Source: Octopus vulgaris (lineage: Eukaryota). Taken from it: 64,000 nt of DNA. The notes beneath the pieces are model-generated. The model did not search any database, had not been told where the DNA came from, and saw only the letters and a list, made by a program, of their open reading frames with translations. The position numbers and the translations under genes are program-made. The first letter of the stretch is position 1, and every line of letters starts with the position of its first letter. Location: positions 82,522,001 through 82,586,000 of the forward strand of contig OX597818.1 in NCBI GenBank assembly GCA_951406725.2. Reading direction: 5' to 3'. Positions 13,557-27,765 of the stretch are shown piece by piece.

Positions 13557-13754
13557 CATTATTATTATATAGTATTCTGCTGAACACCACACTTTTGCTT
13601 GTCAGTTGCTTAACTTTAACCAGTTGTGCATATTTCCTTCACTTAGACTATTTCTAGCTCATTATAAATAGTGGTGACATGATCCACCAAAGGTTCTTCG
13701 TTCGAAAATGGAGAGAATGGTAAGACATGGTGCACTACCACAGAATGTGGTAAT

Positions 13755-14089
13755 TGCCCTGATGCAGTACCAGGCAGTGGCTCTCATGGCTCCTGATCTT
13801 AACTGATTGGAAGTGTTATCATGTACATTGTTTTGTCTTGGTATAAAAGATGGGCTACAGCAAATATTCTGAGCGGGATGGGCTACTCAACCTGAAGAAA
13901 ATTCTAACTGGGTCCCACCTGCAAGGTCATGTGCTGTTTATTTTGATATGAGATCACCATGTCGCACACATATGGTTGTGATGCATGTGCCTGGTGTACC
14001 TTTATCAGACGGGTAGTCATGATGGGTATATTGGGCTTCGTATATTTTACCCCAGTGTCACTTTGATGGCATGCACTGCTCTCTCACTC

Positions 14090-14090
<1 letters not shown>
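13755..14090 (+). mobile_element. (AAT)n-associated non-coding retroposon-like element, internally deleted copy
   Basis: The first ~115 bp is nearly identical to 14306-14420; the 3' end ctctctcactca runs directly into (AAT)n. Confidence 0.7.
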
Positions 14091-14154
<64 letters not shown>

Positions 14155-14159
14155 CAATG

Positions 14160-14274
<115 letters not shown>

Positions 14275-14305
14275 TAATAATGATAATAATAATAATAATA
14301 ATAAA

Positions 14306-14618
14306 TACATTGATGCAGTACGAGGCAGTGGCTTTCATGTCTTCTGATCTTGACTGATTGGAAGTATTATCATGTTCATTGTTTTGACCTGTTATAAAAG
14401 ATGGGCTACAGCAAATATCTTGCTTAATACCACAGATTTGCTTGTCAGTTGCTTGACCTTAATCAGTTGAGCATGTCACCTGGTAGCTGACGTTATGTGC
14501 ATCTCTGATCATGAGCAGAATTAGTAGTGGAGCATCACAGCCACGTATTGAAGGGAATTCTTTGGAGTTTGGATAATTCCCCTTTGCAAACATGGGTGTT
14601 TCGTTCAACAACCCTTAT
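14306..14618 (+). mobile_element. (AAT)n-associated element, 5' portion
   Basis: Starts right after (AAT)n with tgatgcagtacgaggcagtggctttcatg; a middle segment also recurs at 13574-13650. Confidence 0.7.
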
Positions 14619-14644
14619 CTAAGTACTACTACTACTACTACTAC

Positions 14645-14700
<56 letters not shown>

Positions 14701-15249
14701 ATAAATATTATTATTATTGTTATTGCACTTATTACCGATAATACTTGGATATATAACAATATTAACGTTCTTTACATCAAAACATATGAAGAGTATTTTA
14801 GACAATATGCATATAAAATGTTCAAAGATAATTACAAAGTATTATACAGAAATGTCCAAATGATGTTTGCAAATACTCAGTATTGCTCTTTTCAGAATCT
14901 TGCAATGTCTACCGTTGTTATCAATCTTTGTAGCCAGAGAGGATATTAGATATCATTTCAGCAACAATTATAACAAAGGGGATGGTGAACACATTCCGTT
15001 AAAAGTCCTAATTTGTTTCGTTTATACTAATTTCGCCTCTGCAATCCTTTCTGTTTTCAGATCGTTTCTACACAACAAAGTAGTAGTCTGGTATTGCTCT
15101 GTGGAAGATACGTACATTATAGATATTTCGTTAGGAAACATCAAGTTAGCATTATGTTCTTTTAGCATAATGTAATTTTCTTTATTGATGGTGAAATGAA
15201 ACGCGCATATGTAGCAGAAAGCAATACTTTGCCTCCTGGGTGTAAAAAT

Positions 15250-15902
15250 ATGAACCGTACTTGAACGACATGAAGTTAAATGTTGCGAACTTTAAATTAT
15301 CAAGCAACTTGCAAAGATTCCATGATGCTATAGAAAGTATCAATCTTGACCCAAACAATCTATGGGAAGATTTCAAAACAAAAGTATTTCAGGCTGTAAG
15401 TTCGTCAGTGGGATTTAAATCACATAAGTCCAGTGACTGGTTCACAGACTGATCAGCAGAAATTCATGATCTACTTTTAGAAAAACAAAACTTAGGCAAT
15501 ACACTTCTTTCTCAGTCCTTGAACACCAACTCAAACGAAACTTACAGAAAGCTGAAAAGGCAAATTCAGACTTCTCTAACGAAAATTAAACAGGATTTGT
15601 GGAATGATAGAGCAAATGGGGTACAAGAAGCAGTTGATAGAAAATGACGCCAAGGGTTTGTACTTTTATGTTAAGGAGATATATGGTCCAAAACCTTCTT
15701 CAATAGCTCCAGTGAGAACAGCAAATGGACGTTTTCTTCTGACTGATACAGCTTCTATTCATGAGCATTGGGTGGAACATTTTTCCGCATTTCTGAATAG
15801 CCTATCATCCGTTGACATGAGAACGATAGAAAAACATGGAAAACCTTCCAGCCATAGAAGAGATGGCATTTGAACCAACTCTAAATGACATTTATTTAGC
15901 TC

Positions 15903-15906
<4 letters not shown>
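15250..15906 (+). pseudogene. RTE-clade (BovB-like) LINE ORF2 internal fragment
   Basis: KLNV...LWEDFKTKVFQAVSSSVGFKSHKSSDWF, LYFYVKEIYGPKPSSIAPVRTANG..LLTD...HWVEHFSAFLN and PTLNDIYLAL form the linker between endonuclease and RT in RTE elements; contains stops and frameshifts. Confidence 0.8.
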
Positions 15907-15957
<51 letters not shown>

Positions 15958-17381
15958 GCATATAATAAATAGATACATACATAGACAGACATGCATGTGT
16001 CTGTGTCTATGTATCTATGTGTGTGTTTGCATGTGCATTGCATGTGTGCGAAGCATACTAAGTCGATTACATCAGTTTTTATGATCAATGTCAATTCAGC
16101 CTCATTTTCCCTACACTTACTGATTGTATTTTTGGAAACTATTTTAAGACACTTCCCCATAAAGAAGAATTTAATAACATTTTCATAGAGGTTTTCAATT
16201 ATCGTTTCTTAACTGTGATTCTTTCTCGAATTAGTTATTTTGAAGATTGGGATTAAGAAGTATTTATAAGTAATGTGCGGGAAAGCAGAGTAGAAGCAGA
16301 CGGTGGGGAGGTGGTTTGTGTAAAGAAACAATGATGTACATAAATTCTAAATTTAGTGAAGAAAAACGTTGAAACACATCTGATGTTAAATAATAACAGA
16401 TATCTGTGCACTTATACAGTTATTTTCCAAATGTCTTCATTTTTCTAACAATTCATATCTGGCATTAATTATCGATTGCCCTTAGTAAAATATTTCAGCA
16501 TTTTCCTATACTCTGCAGGGCCAACGTCACACATATTGCTTCCTATTTTCTTCTGTTTGAAACTCTGTACAATTTTATAATTGGTGCCGTTGTTAAAAAA
16601 CTGTTTCATTTTAATGCTTTTTAAATTTTATCAGCCAAATTTGTTGTTTTTCATCCATATATCTAAAATAGGATGCATTGTTATAATATTTTCTTGAACT
16701 TCTATTATGCTTATCGTATACTTATATAATTCTTTTACACTGAAATCGATAAAGGTGATATTAACCTCGTAAAATATAAATTCAGCCTTGCAGATTTCAT
16801 CTAGCAAGCAAAGACCTGGCTTGTTTCATAATCGAGCTGCCTCGGTTTTGTTGCAGGATGTAGGTAGTATTACATTTTTTATGCTCATGTAGCAACTGTA
16901 GCTTATATTTAGATTGTGTAAGTAAAATGTTTTTTAATATCGGTTGTTAGGAAGGGAGGGTTAGATTCTAGACCGGAGAAAAAAGAAATTGTACGGCGCA
17001 TATGATATATCGCTACCACCTTTCATTTCCTTTTTGTAGCGGGTGAAAGAGGCTGAAAGTATGATGTGTGTAGCAGCTAAATTCGACTGTGAATCTGATG
17101 AATAGTAAAACGTTAATGTTGGTTGGTATGCCTTATCGAATATTTTCTTATCGAGGGAAGACTAGAGATCATTCTGATATAATAGTGCTCATGAGGTTCT
17201 TAAAAATTATGGAAGGTATCATAATCTTTTGTTAATAAAAGAGACATTTTCATTCGTTTTTATACAACCTCTATGTCAGCCAGATGTTAAATCTAGTGTA
17301 ACGCGAATGAAGTCAACGATAGCTAGGTTAATGGCCATATATGTATGCGTATATATGCGTGTGTCTTTGTGTCTATGTGTG

Positions 17382-17499
<118 letters not shown>

Positions 17500-17910
17500 T
17501 AGAGAGAGTCAGAGGTTCATGGAAGTGGTGAGAAGAACTGGTGCGTAAATAACTTCAGGTTCTTTTTGTGCACTAATCACATTCTCAGATATATACTCAA
17601 CATACGAATATACCCTTCAATGTAGAGAAGCACACACGACGAACACACGTGCGTGCGATGGCGCGTGTGCATACGCATTGGAACACAATAGATCACAAAA
17701 ACTTGGTTCAGTCAAAATTGGAACAAAAGAATTTTATCATTTTGTGAGGTACCAAATCCTCTTCTGTTGTATAGGAAATAATACAAAGCATTTTACACGA
17801 TATTCATATAAACACACACACATATTTATACATGCACACAATTATATACGCACAAGAACACACAGGCACACACTCACAGATAAATATATACATACATACA
17901 TATATACAGG

Positions 17911-17978
<68 letters not shown>

Positions 17979-18297
17979 CATGCATACATACAAATATACG
18001 CATACACACATATATATACTCTGTGATTTTTCCGATTTACATTGTTGTCTTTTTCGTTTAAAGGGGAGGGTGTGTTGTGATTTGGCAATTATCATTATTC
18101 TGATCAGCTCAGTCCAGCTAGCTGTAAAATAGATTTGTAGTTCGTTCTTTACAATAGGCCGGGCATTGGTCGGTCATGAAATTATAAATGGTGAATGGCG
18201 AAATGTTCCACGGTTTGGTGCCAACACAGAACATTACCAAGATGATAATTAGAATACAATAACAAACATATAAAAGTTTCAACGCAGTTATATGCAA

Positions 18298-18377
<80 letters not shown>

Positions 18378-18383
18378 GTATAT

Positions 18384-18436
<53 letters not shown>

Positions 18437-18616
18437 CACACACACATATATATATATACATATATATACATACACATACGTACATACACTTGTCCTAGTG
18501 CATCTACCTGCTTAGAAACACAATTTTGTAGTACAAATATTCACATATAAACCGATACACTAAACTTCACATTCATATACACTTTAACATAAATGTACTC
18601 ACCCCCACTCACAAAG

Positions 18617-18716
<100 letters not shown>

Positions 18717-18749
18717 CTAACACGAAAACACACACACACACACACATAC

Positions 18750-18797
<48 letters not shown>

Positions 18798-19468
18798 TTT
18801 CACGCGAAAATAAAAGACCAGCATACACTAAACGTACAGAGAGGTTCATACACGCACAAAAGGATATAGTTTTAATCATACATATACATACATTTCTAGT
18901 TATACACGTGTACAACAGATCACAAAAGACTGAAATACATACATGCCACGCACAGATGTACAATCAAAAGTAGCTATATATACAAACACATCATACATGA
19001 GTACCTTAATATATCCACACTACTTGCGTGTATTTGTATGTGTTTATGCACACGCACACACACTACTATCTCGCTCCCTCTCTCTCTTTCCATCTCTCAC
19101 ACTCTCTCTATACATGTATGTATATTTGTGTGTGTCTATATATATATGTGTGTATATATATATATTGTTGTATATATATTGTTAAACATATATATATATA
19201 TATATATATACGCACGCATATATGAAGAGTGGGAGGGAAGGGGAGAGAGAGACAGACACTAGGAAATGTTCAATACATACACCAATATTTGTAGATGTTT
19301 TATATTTGAAAAACTGATTGACTTCGAGATACTTAGTGAATGTGTATGTGTAATAGTGTATGCCTACGTATGTATGCATCTGCGTCTATATCATGAGTAT
19401 ATATGCGTACGAATACAATCATATATATATGTGTGAGTGTGTGAGTGTGTGTGAGTGTGTGCGCGTAC

Positions 19469-19519
<51 letters not shown>

Positions 19520-20459
19520 CATATATATATATGTTTGTGTGTGTATATATATATATATATATATACTTATGCATACATACACGAATACTCACACGTTGAA
19601 ACACACACGTACATATAGATTTACATATATGTAACTTTGTTTAATTAGTTTGGTAACCAGGCAACAAGTAGGTGATTTAGCAAAGAATGGTCAAATGTGA
19701 GCTGTTCTTGTATTAATGTTTTCCATCGTTGCTGTTTTTTAAAAAGTCTTTTGTTAATTTTTTTAACTAATACCGTTTGTTATGTTCTTTTTATATACTT
19801 TATTTTATATTTTTATATTATTTTTACGACAGTTTCGACTTTTTCATCGGCCGCTTTGAAATAGTGCTTTCTTTTTATATTTTACTCTATAAAACAATAA
19901 TACAACCGAATAATTCTCTGTTCGTATTATGCGCAGCTACCGTTATTCCAAAAGATTACTAACATACCCGACTATCAAAAGACGTAGAATGAAAAGAGAC
20001 CTACAAACTATTGAATTTTTTCTACCATAGGCACAAGACCAGAAATTTTCGGAACCTGTAGCGGCGTCACTATCAGTCACAGTTATTGACAGGTAGTTTA
20101 TTTGATCAAACCCAGGAGAACGAAAGGTTATAGAAGTTGAGGGGTTGATTCGAACTCATTTATATAGCCAAAACATTCACTGCAGCGCATTTTGTTCGAT
20201 GAATTTCAACTTGTTCTAGAAGTGGGCCGCATGAAACAGGAGTCGCAAAACAAAGAAGTTCAAGGTAATATTTCCTCAGGTAGTCACGTGAAGTTCAGGT
20301 TGTCTATGGCGATTCTAAAGAAATAGCAAAAAAATATTCTTCAGGTTACACCATACCACTTCATAAAGAGAAACTACTGACTGCATAATGCAGTCATTTT
20401 TAGACTCTCGCATGAAAGTCAAGGCGTGAGGCTCAAGGCATGAGACTAAAGCACATATA

Positions 20460-20658
20460 TATTGATTTCAAATTTTGGCACAAGGGGAGGGGATAGTTGG
20501 ATTACACCGACTCCAGCGTTCAACTGGTGCTTATTTTATCGATCCGGATAGGATCAAAGGCAAAATCAACCTAGGCAGAATTTGAACTCAGAGACGGACG
20601 AAATGGCTCTAAGCAGTTCTTTCCGGTGCGGAAACGATTCTGCCAGCTTGCCGCCTTT
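20460..20658 (-). mobile_element. SINE family E
   Basis: tattgatttcaaattttggcacaagg..ttttatcgatccggataggatcaaaggcaaa..tttgaactcag..tgccagcttgccgcc. Confidence 0.8.
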
Positions 20659-20699
20659 AGGCACGTATATATTAGATGAAGAGAAATTTCCTGAGAATG

Positions 20700-21710
20700 T
20701 GGGCGGTGGATATCAACACAGTGTTTGAGTCACATTAATTGTTGGTTTCCCAGGAATCTTGTCAAAAAGTTTGGCTGTACCTTTTCCTGGCCATTCTTAG
20801 GGCACGTACAACAACAAGGATTGATCTGGTTTTTAATTGCCACGTCCTAGATATCTTAATCTCAAGGTTCTCATATTTCGAAAGCTTTTCGAATTTCTTT
20901 GCTGAGACGTTACTATCAATAAACAGTCATATCAATAAAAAGGCATGTTGTTTTTGGTCATACGTATTTGATGACGATGTCTGGTCTGTAAGCATTTATT
21001 TGCTTGTCTGTATTTATCTCATAATCCCAAACGACGATGATAAGATTATATCACTCTGTTACTGGCTCTGGGCGATGTCATGCTAGTTCTTCGGGTGTGG
21101 TATATCATAGTGACATCATATATTCCAGTGCAAGTATTGGCCAACTATATCACACCTGTTTTTCATATTCTGTAGGGGCAAAGATTGAGCAACTGGCAAA
21201 AATGTTGTTAGTAATCTCAAGTTTAACATTTCAGACTCTACACTTTGTGCCTACCTAATTGTATGTGGCATTAGGTTGATAGTTCTGAGCGAGGCGACCC
21301 TGTTTTGGGTTACTGGGATAAATCCTTCTGTTTCGGTTTTCAAACAAACACTCTGCGGCAACTGATCAGTTTCTCCAGCTCGTTTGTGGTATTACCAACG
21401 CAATGGGTTTTCTTGCCACAATCATGATATTTTCTTCAAGCTTTCCTGTTTGACTTTGGTTTTACAAATGTTTGCTGTGGTGTGTCCTCCTTGTCATCAT
21501 AATCAGGGAGGTTAAGCTCTCGTCTGTATTTATATGCCTCCTTTGAGACAGAGTGTAGTTTCTTACTCTGTTTTAATGCACCTAAATTGTAGGGTATTTC
21601 TAAGTGTCCAGGTGTTTCTTCAAGTTGAGTGGTATTCAACTCAATGGTGGTATCAGTGACAGAGTGTCTAACCTCTCCTCGTCTAAGGAAATTTTCGAGA
21701 CAGCAGCTCT
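20700..21710 (-). pseudogene. R4/Dong-clade non-LTR retrotransposon 3' part (restriction-like endonuclease domain)
   Basis: Minus translation TTIELNT..KKLHSVSKEAYKY; VGQYLHW; VWDYEINTDKQINAYRPDIVI; CLFIDMTV..DSNVSAKKFEKLSKYENLEIKISRTWQLKT matches the RPD..ID..K..KY RLE signature; many stops. Confidence 0.8.
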
Positions 21711-21741
<31 letters not shown>

Positions 21742-21779
21742 ACACACACATACGCACACACACGCACATGTATATGGAA

Positions 21780-21960
21780 AAAATAGAAGTTGAAAATGCA
21801 CAGAGAATAGTTAAAAATTTGTTTATTAATATATTTAAATCTTTAACCGGTTTCACAGTTAATACTCGTTTTCAGTGTAAATTGTCAAACAGGATAAAGC
21901 TTTAAATATATAAATAAAAAATATTTAAACTATTCTCAGTGCATTTCCAACTTCTGTTTT
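21780..21960. mobile_element. Inverted-repeat element with decayed hammerhead core (Penelope-like)
   Basis: Arms 21780-21845 and 21895-21960 are reverse complements; the spacer on the minus strand reads ctgaaaa-cgagtattaactgt-gaaaccggtt, followed by aataaa. Confidence 0.55.
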
Positions 21961-22116
21961 ACATTTTACCTATATCTCTACCTGTGTGGAATAAAATAAC
22001 TTTGTTTTCTATATGTGTATATATATATACTTCCTGAGCGTTAAACTAATACATCTGTTTGTTGTCTACACTACCTGTCTTCGTCATTGTTTTTGTGAAT
22101 TCTCCCTATATATATG

Positions 22117-22167
<51 letters not shown>

Positions 22168-22224
22168 ATATATATATATGTTTATATATGTAAGCACGTA
22201 AATATATATATATATATAAATGTG

Positions 22225-22257
<33 letters not shown>

Positions 22258-23164
22258 TTGCGTATATATATATATATATATATATACATACATATATATA
22301 AATACATACATATATATACGTATATGCATATATACATACACACACACATATATATATATCTATTATTATTTTTATTATTATTGTTATTATTATTAGTAAT
22401 GAGTTGCAAGGCAAATTTAGGGAACGTCGTACAAAAGGCCTTGAGATTAGCAGTTACAATGTTATGTATTACCACTTCAGCTCTCATTGGTGCCAACATT
22501 ACTTTTTGTATCCTTGGCGGGTTCTGTAAAGTAAGTAATACTCAATCAACTACTTGGAATCGATTAAATTTACTGCAGCCTCTCACCATTATCTATTTAT
22601 TTGTTGTTATAAATCATCGTTATTAATCACTCGCAATCTCTTGGACAGGTCAGTGATTAGTGATAACCATGGTTATCTCAAGCGTTAAGAAAACACTGAT
22701 AGAGAGAGAGAGGTTTGAAACTGAGATGTTAGTAGATTGAACACTAATCATTGAAAGTTTGCTTCCTCAACACTTAAATCATACCAATATTACTAGTTAC
22801 ATACTGTAGTAACTGCCGCTAGTGACAGATGTAGTTTTCACGATTCAACTTAAGCATTAGTACTGTTAGTGGTGCGTATGTGTGATAGTGCTAAGTAATA
22901 CATTTTATTATAGACTACCCCGGTGTGGTCACGAGTGATTTATGCCATTTCCAATGAACAGGATAATGCAAAATACCCTATATTGCCCTTCGTAGCCATT
23001 TCGCCTATTTCGCTTCTTTTACAAATTTATTTTTGGAATAGGAATGCACATCACAATATCTACAATTCTCCCTTTCAAATCCATAGAACCAACCACCTTA
23101 GATTGATAGATTATCTTTGGGATGTATCAAGGAATATGCTACACACACAAACACACACACATTG

Positions 23165-23198
<34 letters not shown>

Positions 23199-23433
23199 CT
23201 GATATCATAAACATTTTATAAACTTTCGAGAGAACGTGAAGTAATTGTCAATTCTCAAAGCATGTTACGTATAACTATGGAGTATATAACATGTAAATAG
23301 TAGGTTGAATTTTTTTTTGCATAGTAAATGTCTAAGGGTGTGCATGGGACATGAATCCACATTTCCTGTAAACGTATATATATATATGTACACCCCACAC
23401 ACATATACACATACTTACATAAATACATACATA

Positions 23434-23763
23434 GGGTAAAGACCCCCTTCGGTCATGAATGACCATGGGATTGCACCTAGAAAGTTACCCTCCTAGACAC
23501 AAGTCCGGGCAAGGTTGTTTATGGAAGACCAGCAGTCGCCCATGCATACCAGCCTCCCTCTCCACGCCACCAGTGTTATCCAAGGGAAAGACAAAGGTCG
23601 ATACAGCTTGGCACCAGTGACGTCGCAACTCATTTCTACAGCTGAGTGAACTGGAGCAACGTGAAATAAAGTGCCTTGCTCAAGAACACAACACGCAGCC
23701 CGGTCTGGGATTCGAGCTCACAACCTCACGATCGTAAGCTCGACGCTCTAACCACTGAGCCAT
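23434..23763 (-). mobile_element. Young tRNA-derived SINE, family A
   Basis: Head ggctcagtggttagagcgtcgagcttacgatcgtgaggttgtgagctcgaatccc with A and B boxes; closely matches 59321-59651 over its full length. Confidence 0.9.
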
Positions 23764-23897
<134 letters not shown>

Positions 23898-24369
23898 GCA
23901 CTTTTATGAATTTGTGTTGCAAGATTCCTGGTGTGAAACCGTGTGTTGAAATAGATATTGTTATCATTCGGGATGCTCATTTTATTATTTTTTTTATTTT
24001 CCATTTTTTGCCAAATAAACACACGCACTTTATATTCGTTCTTCACTTATTTATTACTGTTCTTATTTTAAGTCATGTCCATTGTCCGGAAATTTTTCGT
24101 TACACATCCGTGATCTCTTCAGCGATACTTTCCGTGCTTGTATATACCCCTGCTTCGCTTAATCCACCCTTTCCTGCGACGTGTATTCTTATATGCGCAT
24201 GCGTTTCCGTCTGTATATGTTTGTCTATGTGTGTGCGTGTGTATGTGCATGTGTGTGCGTGTGTGTGTATGAGTGTGCGTACACACATACAATTGAAAGC
24301 GCATGTTACAATCTTCATCCGTGCTAGTTATGTTCATTGATCCATTACAAATAATAGAACAGAATGGAG

Positions 24370-24540
24370 TAAGCCGATCAGGAGCATACTCGAAGAGTGA
24401 AAGTGTCACTGGGAGGTCACAGACGCGTGACGAAAGATTTCCGGAAAATGGACATGAATTATAATGAGAACACTGAGAGACGAGTGGCGAACGAATATAT
24501 AATTCGTGTTTATTTGGAAGACAAAAAGACCTTCCCGAAA
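24370..24540 (+). mobile_element. RTE-like LINE extreme 3' fragment
   Basis: VTKDFRKM.. then RDEWRT in a shifted frame, resembling the W...V..D....DR..WR RTE C-terminus. Confidence 0.4.
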
Positions 24541-24700
24541 TATAACTACATATATATTCAGAGTTCTGCATTTCATGCTTTTGGGGTCGATAGATAAAGT
24601 ACCAGTAGAGCACTAGGGTCAATATAATCGGTCTGCCTGCTTCCCTGAAATGTCTGCACTTGTGATGAAATTTGAAATTATTATTAAAAGAGACAAATAA

Positions 24701-24915
24701 AAGGCGGTAAACTGGAAGAATCGTTAGCAACCCAGGCAAGATGCTTAGCGGCATTTCGTCCATCTCTACGTTCCGAGTTAAAATTCCACCGATGTCAACT
24801 TCCCTTTCATCCTTTCACGGCTAATAAAATAAATACCAGTTGAGTACTGGAGTCGATAGAATCGGCTTACACCCTGTCCCGAAATTTACAAGCCTTGTGC
24901 TAAATATTGAAACCT
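24701..24915 (+). mobile_element. SINE family E (a partial copy precedes it at 24565-24680)
   Basis: aaggcggtaaactggaagaatcgttagc..ccgagttaaaatt..ctttcatcctttc..taccagttgagtactggagtcgat. Confidence 0.8.
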
Positions 24916-27356
24916 TTACCAACAGAGACACTCAACGGTCTAGCTGAATCTATGTCACATGTCTCAACGAATTGATCTTTCTCTCCCTCTTTCACTCTTA
25001 AGTGACATGCTCATGTATTAGTCAACATAAAGCATTAACCTTTACTTGTGGTGTTCACTAATGCACATTCGTGTCCAAACACATATTAATTATACACAGT
25101 GATTAATTTCCTTGCGTTGCCTTTATTACCCAATCCAACAAGTTATATTCAGAATATTCCTTCTCGTAATGTTCATTGCACATTCATCCATTAATTTTAT
25201 GAACAAGCGTTTGTAAATATAACGATACAGGTTAATAAAACATTATGAAAATTCTAACTTTAGTGTGGTTGTTGTCTACACACGCAACCTATTTCATACA
25301 CTTAACCACCAAAGAAATACATATGTGTAAAGACCATATGTTAAAAAATGGTTTTTAATAGAGGTAAATTTGGTAAAATAGCGGTCATTATCCTCTTATT
25401 TAAAATGGTCAGTTCTTTTGTTAGCGGATTTGGAGCGAATGGATGCTGTTATGTACGTTCCTATTCCAAATACTTATGGGAGAAAATGGGAAAAGTTTTG
25501 CATATCCCTCCCCTCTTGATGTTGTTGTTGTTGTTGTTGTTGTTGTTCTTCTTCTTCTTCTTCTTCTTCTTCTTCTTCTTCTTCTTCTTCGTCTTCTTCG
25601 TCTTCTTCTTCAATCTTGAGCTAGACATGGTTATTACTAACCAGTGACCCGTTAAGTGTTGGAAAGAATGCCTTGTGATAATTGCTTCGTTTCTCTGTTC
25701 TCTAAGTCTAGTCTTCGGGAGATCGACTTTGCTAAGTTTGCTATCATTCTTTCGGGTTCCATGAAAAAATACTAATGTAGGGCTATTAGAGAACGAAAAC
25801 AAAAACTTCGTTGTATCCGTTCCAGTTGTTTGTGTTCTAACAGCAACGATACGAGAGGTCAACTTCTAAAGGCTCAAATCCAGTGGACTTACACTGGAAT
25901 AAACGTCCATGAATATGGACGCAGATAGTAACATACACGTTCAACTGTTAATCTTCCACAAAAATACTTTGTCTAGGCCTGCACATACATGTGCAGATAC
26001 ACAACCAATATTCATACAGACGGCGACCATACAACATGGACGATTAATCAAACACATTTACTTGGAAGACAGAGTCGATCTAATACATTCAGCATTCGAT
26101 TAGTAGTATTTGTTACCGATCACGGAAGAATAGAAATGAAATTCACTCCTGGAGGGAATTGAACTAACAAACTCAAAGAAAGACCTAAATAACTGCTGCT
26201 TGGCATTTTGTTCTCGGCATTCTACCTAATCCTCCACACACCATCATTCATTTGTTATTAATAACAAAGCTACATTGTTCTTTAATTTATTGATCTCAGT
26301 CAATTATAATATTTTATTCGATATTCTTTATAGTGACACTATTGCCTGTAGTTCTGTATTGAAATGATTTCATTATCTTATTTTTTTCCCAAAGATCATA
26401 GTGAGTCGTTGGTAAAGAGAAATATTTTCTCTGAATCATTGAACGTCACATGTGGTGTGATGCAAAGTTCAGCTTTGAGGCCTGCACTATTTAACATTTA
26501 TTGCCTTTGGTGAATGATGTATTCTTCAAGTTTGGCTTTCACTTTCAGTCTATTGGTTAGTCTATTGTACGTTATTTTTTGTTTCTAACTTTTTATAAGG
26601 AATTTTCGCTATTTTTCTTCCCTTTTCTTTGTTTCTTTTCTTTCTTTTTTTTTCTTTCTTTTTGCTAAATATATTATTTGATACTAAAATTCTTCATTAT
26701 AAAGATTCATAGTATTTCAACGACGTGAAAAAACAACAGCAAAAAACAAAACAAGGAAAACAAACGAAGCAAAAGTAACATTTCTATAGGAATACATTCT
26801 CTGTTAAGCTCATTGCATCATAAAACGAAGTCGTAGCATTAATCGTATGTCTTCCTAGGAAACACTGCTTATTCAAAATGTTTTAACTTTTTGTTTCGTA
26901 AAGAACAGAAATAAATAAATACTAAACCAATTATGGATGCAGTTATGATATAAATGACATTTTCATTTGAATGAGAAGTCATTATTAAAAATACATACGT
27001 TTTTTGTTCAATTTTAAATTTATCTTTAACATTGAATTTGATTAATTTGCAATAATTATCGTGAAAAAAGCGGAATGCATATGGATGTCTTAAAGTGAAC
27101 GAGGGAATCTGATGAAGATCAACATTCATGGAATCTTGGAATAAAGAAATTAGAGTTAGTAATATTAATCTGTAAACCTTACTCATATCAAATTGACAAA
27201 CAAGAATTAATAAGTTTATTTGATAATGCTGTGTTATCACAGTAAATTTTTATTTGCATTACAGAGATTGGATGTACAAAAGTGGTTATTATTGGTGTTG
27301 TTTTTGCTGTTTTGCGTCGAGAATTAACAGCGATACAAATATGATACACATGAAAG

Positions 27357-27765
27357 TTGCTGGCATGTCGGTGGGGTAAGAATCTTGCTTCCCAACGATA
27401 TGGTTCCAGTTGGGTGAGGGTTCTCTACTATAATCTCGGATCAACCAAAGCCTTGTGAGTGGATTTGAGAGACGAAATTAAAGAAGTACGTCGTTTACAC
27501 ACACACACACACATGTATGTATGAATATATGTGTGTGTGTGCGCGCCTTTGTGTCTGTGATGGTCCACCACCACCACCAATTCACAATCGGTGCTGGTGT
27601 GTTTACGTCCACTTAACACTTCGTTAAAAGCTACGGATAGTATGACTACCAGGCTTTAAAAACATAAATCCTGCAGTCGATTTGTTCAGCCAAAACCTTT
27701 CAATGCGGTGTCCCAAAATGGCTGCAGTTAAATAATTGAAACAATTAAAAAATAAAAGCTAAAAT
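27357..27765 (+). mobile_element. SINE family D with internal microsatellite
   Basis: ggtaagaatcttgcttcccaac..ttctctactata..gccttgtgagtggattt; tail gcggtgtcccaaaatggctgcag. Confidence 0.75.

Noticed and set aside
18158-18253. Plus-strand exon-like frame RALVGHEIINGEWRNVPRFGANTEHYQDDN*
   Set aside because: Short, unrecognised and without partner exons; compatible with chance.
23690-23763. tRNA gene (also 32730, 59580, 60050)
   Set aside because: A and B boxes are present, but these are heads of multi-copy SINEs that continue into SINE bodies without a proper acceptor stem.
24119-24763. 214-aa minus-strand ORF
   Set aside because: It runs across SINE fragments, an antisense RTE remnant and a microsatellite, with no domain signal.
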